Of a stretch of DNA of 36,641 bases, positions 1-7,852 are shown one piece after another. The notes beneath the pieces were generated by a model that saw only the letters and a program-made list of their open reading frames with translations, was not told the DNA's origin and did no database searches. The position numbers were made by a program, and so were the translations under genes. This stretch comes from Acidobacteriota bacterium. GTDB taxonomy: Bacteria > Acidobacteriota > Thermoanaerobaculia > Multivoradales > UBA5704. The stretch spans positions 1-36,641 of the forward strand of contig JBDTZG010000053.1 in NCBI GenBank assembly GCA_040005235.1, read 5' to 3'. Position 1 is the stretch's first letter; the number at the start of each line of letters is the position of its first letter.

Positions 1-257
1 TCCTGAACTGTGTACTGAGTGAAGCTTTTTCCATTGAAGCGATACACGCCTTCTCGGGTTGTGCCGAACCAAAGGTTGCCGGCCTTGTCTTGAAGCCCAC
101 ACTTGACCTCGTCGTACCGGCTGCCGCCCTGCGTCCTGCTCAACTTCAGCTTGGGGGCGGGGAGGGTGTCGATGGATTCCTGCACCGTGGGCTTCACGCC
201 TGCGCGGCAGGAAGCCAGCATCAACGCGGCGAGAAGCAGCCAGGAGTTTCGTTTCAT
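1..257 (-). CDS. Lipoprotein with two-component regulator-type beta-propeller repeats (5' part only; runs off the window edge)
   Basis: Manual translation from ATG 257, not in the ORF track: MKRNSWLLLAALMLASC (lipobox LASC)...CGLQDKAGNLWFGTTREGVYRFNGKSFTQYTVQ, typical Reg_prop blade motifs. No stop before position 1. Confidence 0.8.
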   Translation of the reverse strand, partial: MKRNSWLLLAALMLASCRAGVKPTVQESIDTLPAPKLKLSRTQGGSRYDEVKCGLQDKAGNLWFGTTREGVYRFNGKSFTQYTVQ

Positions 258-343
258 GGAGTGGTTCGACGACAGAGTACCCGAGCGCGACGCCAAGAGG
301 AGGCTCGGTACGCAGCGCATAGGTCAGTCGTTCGTTGGCAGCC

Positions 344-526
344 TTACGGACAGCACTGGGACAGGCGGGTCGGGTCGCAGGAGGTGATGTTCGTGCACTC
401 GATATCCACCGTGTTACAGGTGGGGACTCTCGTTGCCGCGGCGGCTACGCCCGCCATGTCGCGGTCGGCGAGCCGACGGACAGTTTCACGCGAAAGAGAG
501 AGCTTGCGGTTACGGCGTTTTTCCAT
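344..526 (-). CDS. RiPP (lanthipeptide-like) precursor peptide, 60 aa
   Basis: AAGGAG RBS before ATG 526. Leader MEKRRNRKLSLSRETVRRLADRDMAGVAAA fits LxLx(K/R)x5L. The C-terminal 30 aa contain 5 Cys and 8 Ser/Thr. Confidence 0.75.
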   Translation of the reverse strand: MEKRRNRKLSLSRETVRRLADRDMAGVAAAATRVPTCNTVDIECTNITSCDPTRLSQCCP

Positions 527-652
527 GGCGATCTCCTTAGGGAGCGTGCGCACCGAGCCTCCATCGATTCAAGGTGCGCTGGACGGCGTGTGACGCGCCC
601 CGGGTGGCTGATGCCTCCCTGATTTCCTGTGCGGGAGTCGTGTTTCCTGAGG

Positions 653-1603
653 TTATGCCCCCCACCAGACAGCGGCTTCGGCCATTCCCTGGTCGTAGGT
701 CCGGATCGGCGCGTAGCCCAGCTCGCTGCGAATGCGCTCGCCCGAACAGTGCTCGGCGAATGTCCCTCCCTTCTGGGCGTCTTTGCGCGGCGCGGGGAGG
801 GCGTCGGGAAACCAAGCTCGGACGTCTTCGACGTAGCGGCCCATCGTGACGTGACCGTCCACCACGTTATAGGCGCGACCGACCGCCACGGGATTTTCGA
901 CCGCGAGATCGATCGCGTGACCGAGGTTTTCGACATGGGTCCAGGGAAGTGGGCCGTCGCCGTCGGCGACCAGAGTCACGAGGCCGGCACGCACGTTGGT
1001 CGGAATCTTCACCGCCCAGTAGGAGGTCGGATGAGCGCCGAGCACGGCGCCGAGCCGGAAGATCGTGGCGGGCAGACCTAGGACCATCTCGCGTTCCAGC
1101 GCCCTCTCGGCCTCTGCCTTAGTGATGCCATACCAGGGGGTGGCGGCGGGAGAGTGGGCAAAGCTGCCGTCTCCCCCTTTAAGCGGCGTCGTCTCGTCGA
1201 ATTCGGCGTCGGTGGCCAAGCCCGGATTGGCCGCGCGGGCCACCTCCCAGTCATAGACCGAGATGGTCGAGATGTGGACGAACCGCCGGCACCCTGCGGC
1301 CCGAGCCGCAGCCGCAAGAACCGCGGTGCCTGCGGCGTTCACCCGCCGCTGCTCGTCCCGATCGCCGCCGATCGAAGCGGCGGCGTGAATCACGATCGCT
1401 TGTGCCTCACAGGCACGGCGGGCCGCCTCCGGATCGGTGAAATCCCCCTCCATCTGCTCGGTGCCTACCAGCCAGGGAGGCTCCCCTTTCCGCCGCACGA
1501 TCGCCCGCACCTTCGCTCCAGACGCCACGAGGCGCTCCGCGAGGCTTCCGCCGATGAAGCCGGTGCCTCCCGTGATGAGGACTTTTTGGTCGGTCCAATT
1601 CAT
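653..1603 (-). CDS. NAD-dependent epimerase/dehydratase (extended SDR)
   Basis: N-terminal ITGGTGFIG Rossmann motif, HAAA, HIST, and the catalytic YxxxK (YGITK). Confidence 0.92.
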   Translation of the reverse strand: MNWTDQKVLITGGTGFIGGSLAERLVASGAKVRAIVRRKGEPPWLVGTEQMEGDFTDPEAARRACEAQAIVIHAAASIGGDRDEQRRVNAAGTAVLAAAARAAGCRRFVHISTISVYDWEVARAANPGLATDAEFDETTPLKGGDGSFAHSPAATPWYGITKAEAERALEREMVLGLPATIFRLGAVLGAHPTSYWAVKIPTNVRAGLVTLVADGDGPLPWTHVENLGHAIDLAVENPVAVGRAYNVVDGHVTMGRYVEDVRAWFPDALPAPRKDAQKGGTFAEHCSGERIRSELGYAPIRTYDQGMAEAAVWWGA

Positions 1604-1713
1604 GGCGTCATCCTAACGTGAACCCCCGGGGGGCCGAACGGACGAACGGCATCGCACCCAGGCCTACGGCCTGGGTGCTAGCCCGCCGCCGATCGTGAGA
1701 TTCTTGCATCCCC

Positions 1714-2160
1714 ATGCCCGAGCCCAACGATTCCTCCCCGCGCCGTTTCATCGTCCGCCGCCCGCTCCGTTTCGCCGATTGCGACCCCGCGGGCATCGCC
1801 TTTTATCCGCGGCTCTGCGGTTTGATCAACGACCTGGTCGAAGATTGGTTTCGCGACGGGCTCGATTATGGATTCCCGCGCCTACACGGCGAGCTCAAGC
1901 GCGGCATACCGATCGTGTGGTTGGCGATCGATTTCACCGCGCCCGGCCGGATGGGCGAAGAGATCGCCTGGAGCCTCAGCGTCCGCGAAATCGGCAAGTC
2001 GTCCGTGTTGCTCGAAATCCGCGCCGAGCCCCCCGCGGGCAAACCGATGCTCGTCGCGGAAGCGCGCCTGGTCCATTGCGACCTGGCCACCGGCACGCCC
2101 GTTCCCCTCGCCTTTCCGGAAGAGGTGCGGGCACGGATGGAGAGCTTTTTGATCGCCTGA
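1714..2160 (+). CDS. Acyl-CoA thioesterase, 4HBT/YbgC-like hotdog fold
   Basis: LRFADCDPAGIAFYPR signature, DFTAPGRMGE, IGKSS; 148 aa. Confidence 0.9.
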   Translation: MPEPNDSSPRRFIVRRPLRFADCDPAGIAFYPRLCGLINDLVEDWFRDGLDYGFPRLHGELKRGIPIVWLAIDFTAPGRMGEEIAWSLSVREIGKSSVLLEIRAEPPAGKPMLVAEARLVHCDLATGTPVPLAFPEEVRARMESFLIA

Positions 2161-2161
2161 T

Positions 2162-2950
2162 CTACTCCGCGTTCCGCGCCGGGTCGAGGTGCCAGACCGC
2201 TTCGGCGCGCAGCGCGATCCCCTGTTTGCTCGCCGGGAGAGTATCCAGCGCCTCGCGGAACAGCGGCTCCGCCCGCTGCGGTCGCCCGGCGAGCGCATGC
2301 ACTTTGGCTTCCCAGAAGCGACAGAGAGCTTCAAAGCCGGGAAGTTTAGCCGCCTCCCCAAGCTTCGCGGCTTTTCGGGCCTGCGAGATCGCCTCGTTCA
2401 GGTTGCCATGTCCCGCGTGCTCATGGAGGCGAACGATCGCCTCGGCGACCGCAAGGGTTGCCTTCGGATCGGTCGGCCGCTCGGCAAACGCCGCTCGCGA
2501 CCGCTGGATCGCATTGAGCAAGGCTCTCTCGCCACGCAGCTTGCGGCGGCAGTCGAGGCAGCGAATCGCGACCGAATCGAAATGGAACTTGAGATTCTCG
2601 AACCAGTACTTCTGCTCGGCCCCCGAGAAGACAAAGTCACAACCGCAGGAGACACAGCGCCGCGCCTGATCGACATAGAAGTAGCGAGGGATGTGGCACA
2701 TCGGGCAAAAATGCTGAGCTCGCGGCTCACCGCGCACCGCGCCGAGGGGAAGCGGCGGCCGGTAGTCGTGGTCGTAGTCGTAGGAGGTCACCGTCTGACC
2801 ACGTCCGTCCGTCGTGGTCCGCGCCGCAAGCGGGATGTCACCGAAGAGAGAATGCTTGGCCACGCGCGGCGTGGCTTTGGCACCGGAAACCTTACCTCCC
2901 GGAGGGCGGCGCACTTCGCGGGGCTGGGGCAATTTACGGTGGGTCGGCAT
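2162..2950 (-). CDS. Zinc-ribbon (zf-trcl-like) domain protein with C-terminal TPR-like helices
   Basis: DQARRCVSCGCDFVFSGAEQKYWFENLKF...RCLDCR matches the zf-trcl pattern, with an extra CPMCH upstream. Start at 2950 chosen because TAGAAT lies 7 nt upstream; start is uncertain. Confidence 0.75.
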   Translation of the reverse strand: MPTHRKLPQPREVRRPPGGKVSGAKATPRVAKHSLFGDIPLAARTTTDGRGQTVTSYDYDHDYRPPLPLGAVRGEPRAQHFCPMCHIPRYFYVDQARRCVSCGCDFVFSGAEQKYWFENLKFHFDSVAIRCLDCRRKLRGERALLNAIQRSRAAFAERPTDPKATLAVAEAIVRLHEHAGHGNLNEAISQARKAAKLGEAAKLPGFEALCRFWEAKVHALAGRPQRAEPLFREALDTLPASKQGIALRAEAVWHLDPARNAE

Positions 2951-3031
2951 GATGACCATTCTATCGATGACGCCCTTGCCGGGAACCACCGCCCGTCGGC
3001 CCCGATCCAATCCACAAGGAGGGCGCCGTCC

Positions 3032-3454
3032 ATGATCTCTCGCAAAACCGGTTCCGCCGAATACAACACGCTTCGCAGCGACATCAACGTCACCCCGCTG
3101 GTCGATGTCTGCCTGGTGCTCTTGATCGTCTGCATGGTCATCACGCCGACGATTTGCAAGGGCTCGGCGGTGCGGGTTCCCGAGACCCTAAACCCACGCC
3201 GGCTACCGACGGAGGCGCCGCGGGTCGCGATCTCGCTTCAGCGGGACGGATTGGTGTTCATCGACCGCCATTTGGTGACCGAGGAGCGGCTCGATCGCGC
3301 GTTCGGCGAACTCGCCGCGGCGGACTCCGCCAAGGCGATCGTGGTGGAGGCGGATCATCGGCTGCCGTATCGCGACGTACGCCGCCTGATCGAGAGGATT
3401 CAGGCGGCGGGCTTGTCGAAGGTGGCGCTGGCGGCGGAATTGAGAGGACGATAA
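3032..3454 (+). CDS. exbD: Biopolymer transport protein, ExbD/TolR family
   Basis: AAGGAGG RBS before ATG 3032. DINVTPLVDVxLVLLI transmembrane signature, and C-terminal VVEADHRLPYRDV...AAGLSKVAL. It is the C-terminal part of track ORF 2189..3454. Confidence 0.88.
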   Translation: MISRKTGSAEYNTLRSDINVTPLVDVCLVLLIVCMVITPTICKGSAVRVPETLNPRRLPTEAPRVAISLQRDGLVFIDRHLVTEERLDRAFGELAAADSAKAIVVEADHRLPYRDVRRLIERIQAAGLSKVALAAELRGR

Positions 3455-3550
3455 GGGCCACCGGCGCCCGCCCTCGGATGCGACGGACCGATGCAATCCA
3501 CCGGCGCGTCTGGACGCGACCGCCGAGCTGTGAGTCCGCCATCGCCTGCG

Positions 3551-3767
3551 TAAAGCGGCTTATCCCCCGTTTAAAGCCGCTATCGGACGTTGAGCGGGGC
3601 TATCCGTCCGTGGATAGCGGCTATCGGCCGCGGATAGAGGCTCACCGAGCAGGGATAGCCGCTATTCGCGGCGCATTTCGGCTATCGGCGCCGGATGGCG
3701 ACGATCCAGCCGTGGATTGCGGCTATCGGGCTTCGATAGCCGCTTTAGGCCAGCGATGGCCGCTCTA
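3551..3767. repeat. Array of 11 degenerate palindromic 13-mers (consensus GATAGC-S-GCTATC) separated by 7-8 bp variable spacers
   Basis: Units start at 3551, 3572, 3592, 3613, 3633, 3654, 3674, 3694, 3715, 3735 and 3755. Weaker copies at 3531 and 3775. The unit at 3613 is the perfect GATAGCGGCTATC. Confidence 0.85.
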
Positions 3768-3886
3768 CGGCGCCGATCGCCAAGCCTTTCCGCCGCTCGC
3801 GGTGTGCAGCGGCTGCGCTCGCGTTTCGGCGTTCTGAATCCTGGCGCTACGCCCGATTGCGGTTTTCGAGCGTTGCGCCAAGCTCC

Positions 3887-5623
3887 TTAGTTCTGGTACA
3901 GCGCGTCCAGAGTCTGTTTCGCGTTGACGTCGCGGGGATTGATCTCCAACACCCGCTTCAGCAGCTGCTCGGCTTCGGGCTTCTTGTTCTGGACGCTCAA
4001 GAGCACTGCGAGATCGCTCATTGCGGCGATATTTCTTGGATCGATCGCGATCGCCCGGCGGAAATCGAGCTCGGCGTCGCCGGCGTGACCGAGCGCCATC
4101 TGCACCGCGCCGTGCTGGTAGATCATGTCGGGGTTTTGCGGCGCCTGGCGTAAGGCGGCGTCGGCGGCGGCCAGCGCTTCGGTGGAGCGTTTCGAGCCGA
4201 GCAGCAGGCGGACTTCGAGCGCACGGGCGACCAAGTCATCGGGGGCCGCCACCACGCGTTTGTGGATCGCGGCGATCGCGCCGGCTGGATCGCCGGTGGC
4301 CATCTTGCGCATCGCCTCTTGCATCTCAGGCGACGCCGGCGCGGCGGGCTTGGGCGGCGCGGTGGAGGTTTGGGCGACGGCGGCGCGGAAGTCCTGCGCC
4401 GCTTTTTCGGCTTCGGCCCGCGCCTGGGTGCGCCCGGCGGTCAGCTCCTGGGCCTTGGCGAGCGGCGCTTTCGCCTCTTCCGCTCGATTCGCCGCGGTGA
4501 GCGCGTCGCCGTAGGCACGGAACGCTTCCGGCGAGACCGGGTTCAGCTTCGTCGCCCGTTCGAGGAATCCGATCCCCTCGGCCGCCTTGCCCTGGGCGAC
4601 GAGCAGTTGGCCGTATTCGACCGCGATCGAGGCGGCCGGGCGAGGATCGCCGAGCTTGGTCGTGTCGGCCGGCAGCTTGTCGGCGAACGGCTGTAGCGTC
4701 GCGAGCGCCGCCGCGGCGTCTTTGGTTTGACGCTGGGCTCGCGCGAGCAGCAGAGCGAGGGCCGGCACGTTGCCGCTCTTACCGCGCAGCAGGGCGAGCG
4801 CCTCGGCGGGAGAGTCGGCGAGCAGGTAAGCCTCCGCCTGGGTCCGGCGGATCTCCAAATCCATGGTCGGCGGATGCTTGACGGCGATCGGCTGGAGCAA
4901 CGCCAGTGCCGCAGGACCATCCCCTTTTTGGATCGCGACCTTGGCCTTGAGCAAGCGGATCGCGGGATCGTCGGCCTTCTGGCCGGTCAGCAGCTCCTCG
5001 GCCTCGAACGGGCGTTCGAGCTGGATCGCGAGCATCGCCGCGGTGAGCCGCGCTTCGCTGTCGCGCGGGCTGCGGATCGCCCAGGGGCGCAGGCTCCGAT
5101 ACGCCTCGACCACCTGGCCCTCGCGGGCGAACAGAAGACCCAGCTCGCGCGAGGCGGGCGAGGCCGGCTCGATCGCCACCGAGCGGGCGAGGTCGCGGCG
5201 CGCCTCGGCGATCTTGCCGAGGGCCAGCTCCGCGCGGCCCGTGTTGTAGAGCACCGGGGCATCCGCATCGGCCGCCGCAGCGAGCGGCGCCAGGACTTCG
5301 AGCGCTGGCTGCGGTTTGCCGGAATCGAGATAGAGCGCGCCGAGCAGCGCGAGCAGCGGCGGCTGGCCGGCCAGCTCGCTCTTGTGCGGTTCGAGGATCG
5401 CGAGCGCTCCCGCGGCATCGCCTTTCTTGTACTTATCGATCGCATCGAACACCGGCTTGTCGAGCGAGGACGCGGTCGGAGCCACCGGGGCCGCCGGGGC
5501 GGCGGGAGCCGCGGCCGGTTTCCCCGTTTGGGGAGCGGGGACCGAGGCGGCGGAGAGCACAGACCCCAGAAGGAAGAGACCGGCGGCGGACAGCGAAACC
5601 AGGAGATCAGGCGAGCGCTTCAT
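3887..5623 (-). CDS. Secreted tetratricopeptide repeat protein
   Basis: AAAGGAG RBS before ATG 5623; signal peptide, Pro/Ala linker, then many TPR motifs (e.g. AELDFRRAIAIDPRNIAAMSDLAVLL). Confidence 0.88.
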   Translation of the reverse strand: MKRSPDLLVSLSAAGLFLLGSVLSAASVPAPQTGKPAAAPAAPAAPVAPTASSLDKPVFDAIDKYKKGDAAGALAILEPHKSELAGQPPLLALLGALYLDSGKPQPALEVLAPLAAAADADAPVLYNTGRAELALGKIAEARRDLARSVAIEPASPASRELGLLFAREGQVVEAYRSLRPWAIRSPRDSEARLTAAMLAIQLERPFEAEELLTGQKADDPAIRLLKAKVAIQKGDGPAALALLQPIAVKHPPTMDLEIRRTQAEAYLLADSPAEALALLRGKSGNVPALALLLARAQRQTKDAAAALATLQPFADKLPADTTKLGDPRPAASIAVEYGQLLVAQGKAAEGIGFLERATKLNPVSPEAFRAYGDALTAANRAEEAKAPLAKAQELTAGRTQARAEAEKAAQDFRAAVAQTSTAPPKPAAPASPEMQEAMRKMATGDPAGAIAAIHKRVVAAPDDLVARALEVRLLLGSKRSTEALAAADAALRQAPQNPDMIYQHGAVQMALGHAGDAELDFRRAIAIDPRNIAAMSDLAVLLSVQNKKPEAEQLLKRVLEINPRDVNAKQTLDALYQN

Positions 5624-5659
5624 GGGAAAGGTACTCCTTTGCACTCCGGGGAGGGAGGG

Positions 5660-7852
5660 CTAGAGCCGGCGGAGCTCGCGGCTCTCCGGAAACTGGGTTT
5701 GAGCGTAGTGCAGAAGGCGGCCGGCGCTCTCGGGATCGCCGAGGACGCGAAGGGTACGCACCGCCTCGCCGTAGGCCGCGGGGGTCTTGTTGGTATCGGT
5801 CATCTTGCGCAGCATGGTGACCGCTTCGGCGGCCTTGCCCTGCGCCGCGTAGAGCGTCGCGAGCCGGCAGTAGGGCACGAGCATGCCGGGGAACTTGCCG
5901 ATCTCGTCCAGGAACGCCGCTTCGGCATCGGCCGATCGACCGAGCCGGCCGAGCAGATCGCCGCGCAATGCCTGCAACCCCTCATGCTGGCCACCGGTCC
6001 GCGCGAGGTCCTCGACCGCCTGATCGGCGTTTTTGAGCGCCTCTTCGGTCTTCCCCTGCTTCTGAAGCAGTTGGGCGAGAGAGATGAGCGGCGTAATGCG
6101 CGAGCCGCCCGTCGCGAGCGACAGACGGACCTGTTTTTCCGCACCGGCAAGGTCGCCCCTCGACTCCGCGATCTGCGCCATCAGGTCGCGCCCGGCCGAC
6201 GGTGAGCTCTTCATGCCGATCTCGGCGTATTTTTGCGCGTCGTCGTAGCGGCCTAGCGTGATCAGCACGGCGGCCGCACCGATCGCCACCTGCGCCGAGC
6301 CTCCCGTCACCTCCATCGCCTTCTCGTACGCCTTGAGCGCTTCGCGCGGACGGCCGACCCGCGACTGTGCGACGCCCAAGCCCACCCAGGCGTCGATCAT
6401 TTTCGGGTTCTCCTCCACCAGATGAGTGAGCTTCGGGATCGCCTCGGCGAAGCGTTGATCGGCGACCGCCTGCATGGCCACGCCGAAATCCGAGAGGCTC
6501 GCGATCCGGCTTTTCGGATCGGGCAAGACGGCGCCGGGGTCCGAGAGGCTGGTGCCGCCGAGGTAGCCCAGGGCGGCGAGTTTCTGCGCGGTCTCCGGGT
6601 CGATCTCGGCCGGTTTGGCGAGCGGTCGCTCAATCTTCGCCAGCGCGGCGCGCATTTCGGAGTAAGCGCGGCGCTCGCTCTGGAGCACGTCGTTCTTTTC
6701 CCCCGGGTCGGCCGTCAGGTCGAACAGCTCGGGCGCCGGACCTTGGATCAGGTGATGCGGCCCCCGAATCAAGGACGTCAGCTCGTTCCAGCCGAGATGG
6801 AGGCGGGGATAATAGGTCTCGGCGTAGATCGTCCGTTCCGCCCCCGCGGCGGGCTTTTCGTTCGTCTCGACCGGCAGCGGCTTGCCGTCCAATTCCGCGG
6901 GGAGAGCCACCCCTGCGAGCTGCAAGACGGTCGGCGCCACGTCCACCAGACCAACCGGGGTGGCGACCCGCCGGCCGCCGAGGCGACCCTTCGGCAGCTT
7001 CAGGATCAACGGCACCTGAAGCGCCTCGCGATAGAGCAGGATGCCGTGCTCCTCCTCGCCGTGGTCGCCCAAGCCCTCGCCATGGTCCGAGAGCAGAATT
7101 ACCGTCGAGCGGTCGTAGATCCCGGCCTCCTTGAGGTCATCGAAGAACCGGCCGACGATCGAATCCGCCGTCGCGATCTCGCCGTCGTACGAATCGGCAT
7201 AGCGTGAACGGAACGGCTCGACCGGTTCGTAGGGCGAGTGAGGCTCGTAGAGGTGAAGCAGCAGGAAGAACGGTCCGCTCCCCTGCTTCTTTACCCAGTC
7301 GAGCGCGAGCGCCGCGGTCTCTCTCCCGGGGCGTTGGCTGCGGCCGAGCGCCTCTCCCGTGCGCAGGTCGATCGCCCCCTCGTAGTAGTCGAACCCGGCG
7401 GAGAGGCCGGTTTCGCCGCGCAGGACGAAGCTCGACACCGCGGCGCCGGTCGCATACCCGGCCCCTTTGAGCAGGAGCGGCAGGAACGGATGCCGGGTCG
7501 CTTCGAACAGGTAACCGGTGTTGTCGCGCACGCCATGATCGACCGGAAACTGACCCGTGAGGATCGAGGTGTGCGAAGGCAGGGTGAGCGGGATCTGGCT
7601 GTACGCCCGCTCGTAGACGATCCCCTCTCCAGCCAAGGCATCGATCGCCGGGGTCTCGATCCGCTTCGAACCGTAAATCGGCAACCGGTCCGAGCGCAGG
7701 GTGTCGATCGACACCACGATCACCGGAGCGTTTTTCGCCGTGCCGAGGGTGGAACCTCCCCCAAAACCGCCATTGCAGGCGGCGGACACCAGCAAGGGCG
7801 CCGCGGCCCAGAGAAGACGAGCACGAAGTTGGAGACGAAAGGGCATCCTCAT
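5660..7852 (-). CDS. Sulfatase-like (alkaline phosphatase superfamily) hydrolase/transferase with C-terminal TPRs; probable lipoprotein
   Basis: VSIDTLRSD, LTLPSHTSILTG, HLYEPH, LSDHGE motifs; lipobox-like VSAAC; ATGA overlap with the upstream paralogue. Confidence 0.9.
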   Translation of the reverse strand: MRMPFRLQLRARLLWAAAPLLVSAACNGGFGGGSTLGTAKNAPVIVVSIDTLRSDRLPIYGSKRIETPAIDALAGEGIVYERAYSQIPLTLPSHTSILTGQFPVDHGVRDNTGYLFEATRHPFLPLLLKGAGYATGAAVSSFVLRGETGLSAGFDYYEGAIDLRTGEALGRSQRPGRETAALALDWVKKQGSGPFFLLLHLYEPHSPYEPVEPFRSRYADSYDGEIATADSIVGRFFDDLKEAGIYDRSTVILLSDHGEGLGDHGEEEHGILLYREALQVPLILKLPKGRLGGRRVATPVGLVDVAPTVLQLAGVALPAELDGKPLPVETNEKPAAGAERTIYAETYYPRLHLGWNELTSLIRGPHHLIQGPAPELFDLTADPGEKNDVLQSERRAYSEMRAALAKIERPLAKPAEIDPETAQKLAALGYLGGTSLSDPGAVLPDPKSRIASLSDFGVAMQAVADQRFAEAIPKLTHLVEENPKMIDAWVGLGVAQSRVGRPREALKAYEKAMEVTGGSAQVAIGAAAVLITLGRYDDAQKYAEIGMKSSPSAGRDLMAQIAESRGDLAGAEKQVRLSLATGGSRITPLISLAQLLQKQGKTEEALKNADQAVEDLARTGGQHEGLQALRGDLLGRLGRSADAEAAFLDEIGKFPGMLVPYCRLATLYAAQGKAAEAVTMLRKMTDTNKTPAAYGEAVRTLRVLGDPESAGRLLHYAQTQFPESRELRRL

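Noticed and set aside
344-2160. Epimerase and thioesterase as tailoring enzymes of the RiPP precursor
   Set aside because: Only adjacency supports it; neither is a core lanthipeptide enzyme and the thioesterase is divergently transcribed.
2189-3031. N-terminal extension of the 421-aa ORF ending in ExbD
   Set aside because: Antisense to the zinc-ribbon gene; a strong RBS marks the real start at 3032.
3531-3787. CRISPR array interpretation of the palindrome array
   Set aside because: Units are 13 bp and degenerate, spacers are only 7-8 bp, and there are no cas genes.
3154-3837. 227-aa ORF crossing the array
   Set aside because: Overlaps exbD out of frame, has no recognisable domain, and the 20/21-bp period does not preserve frame.
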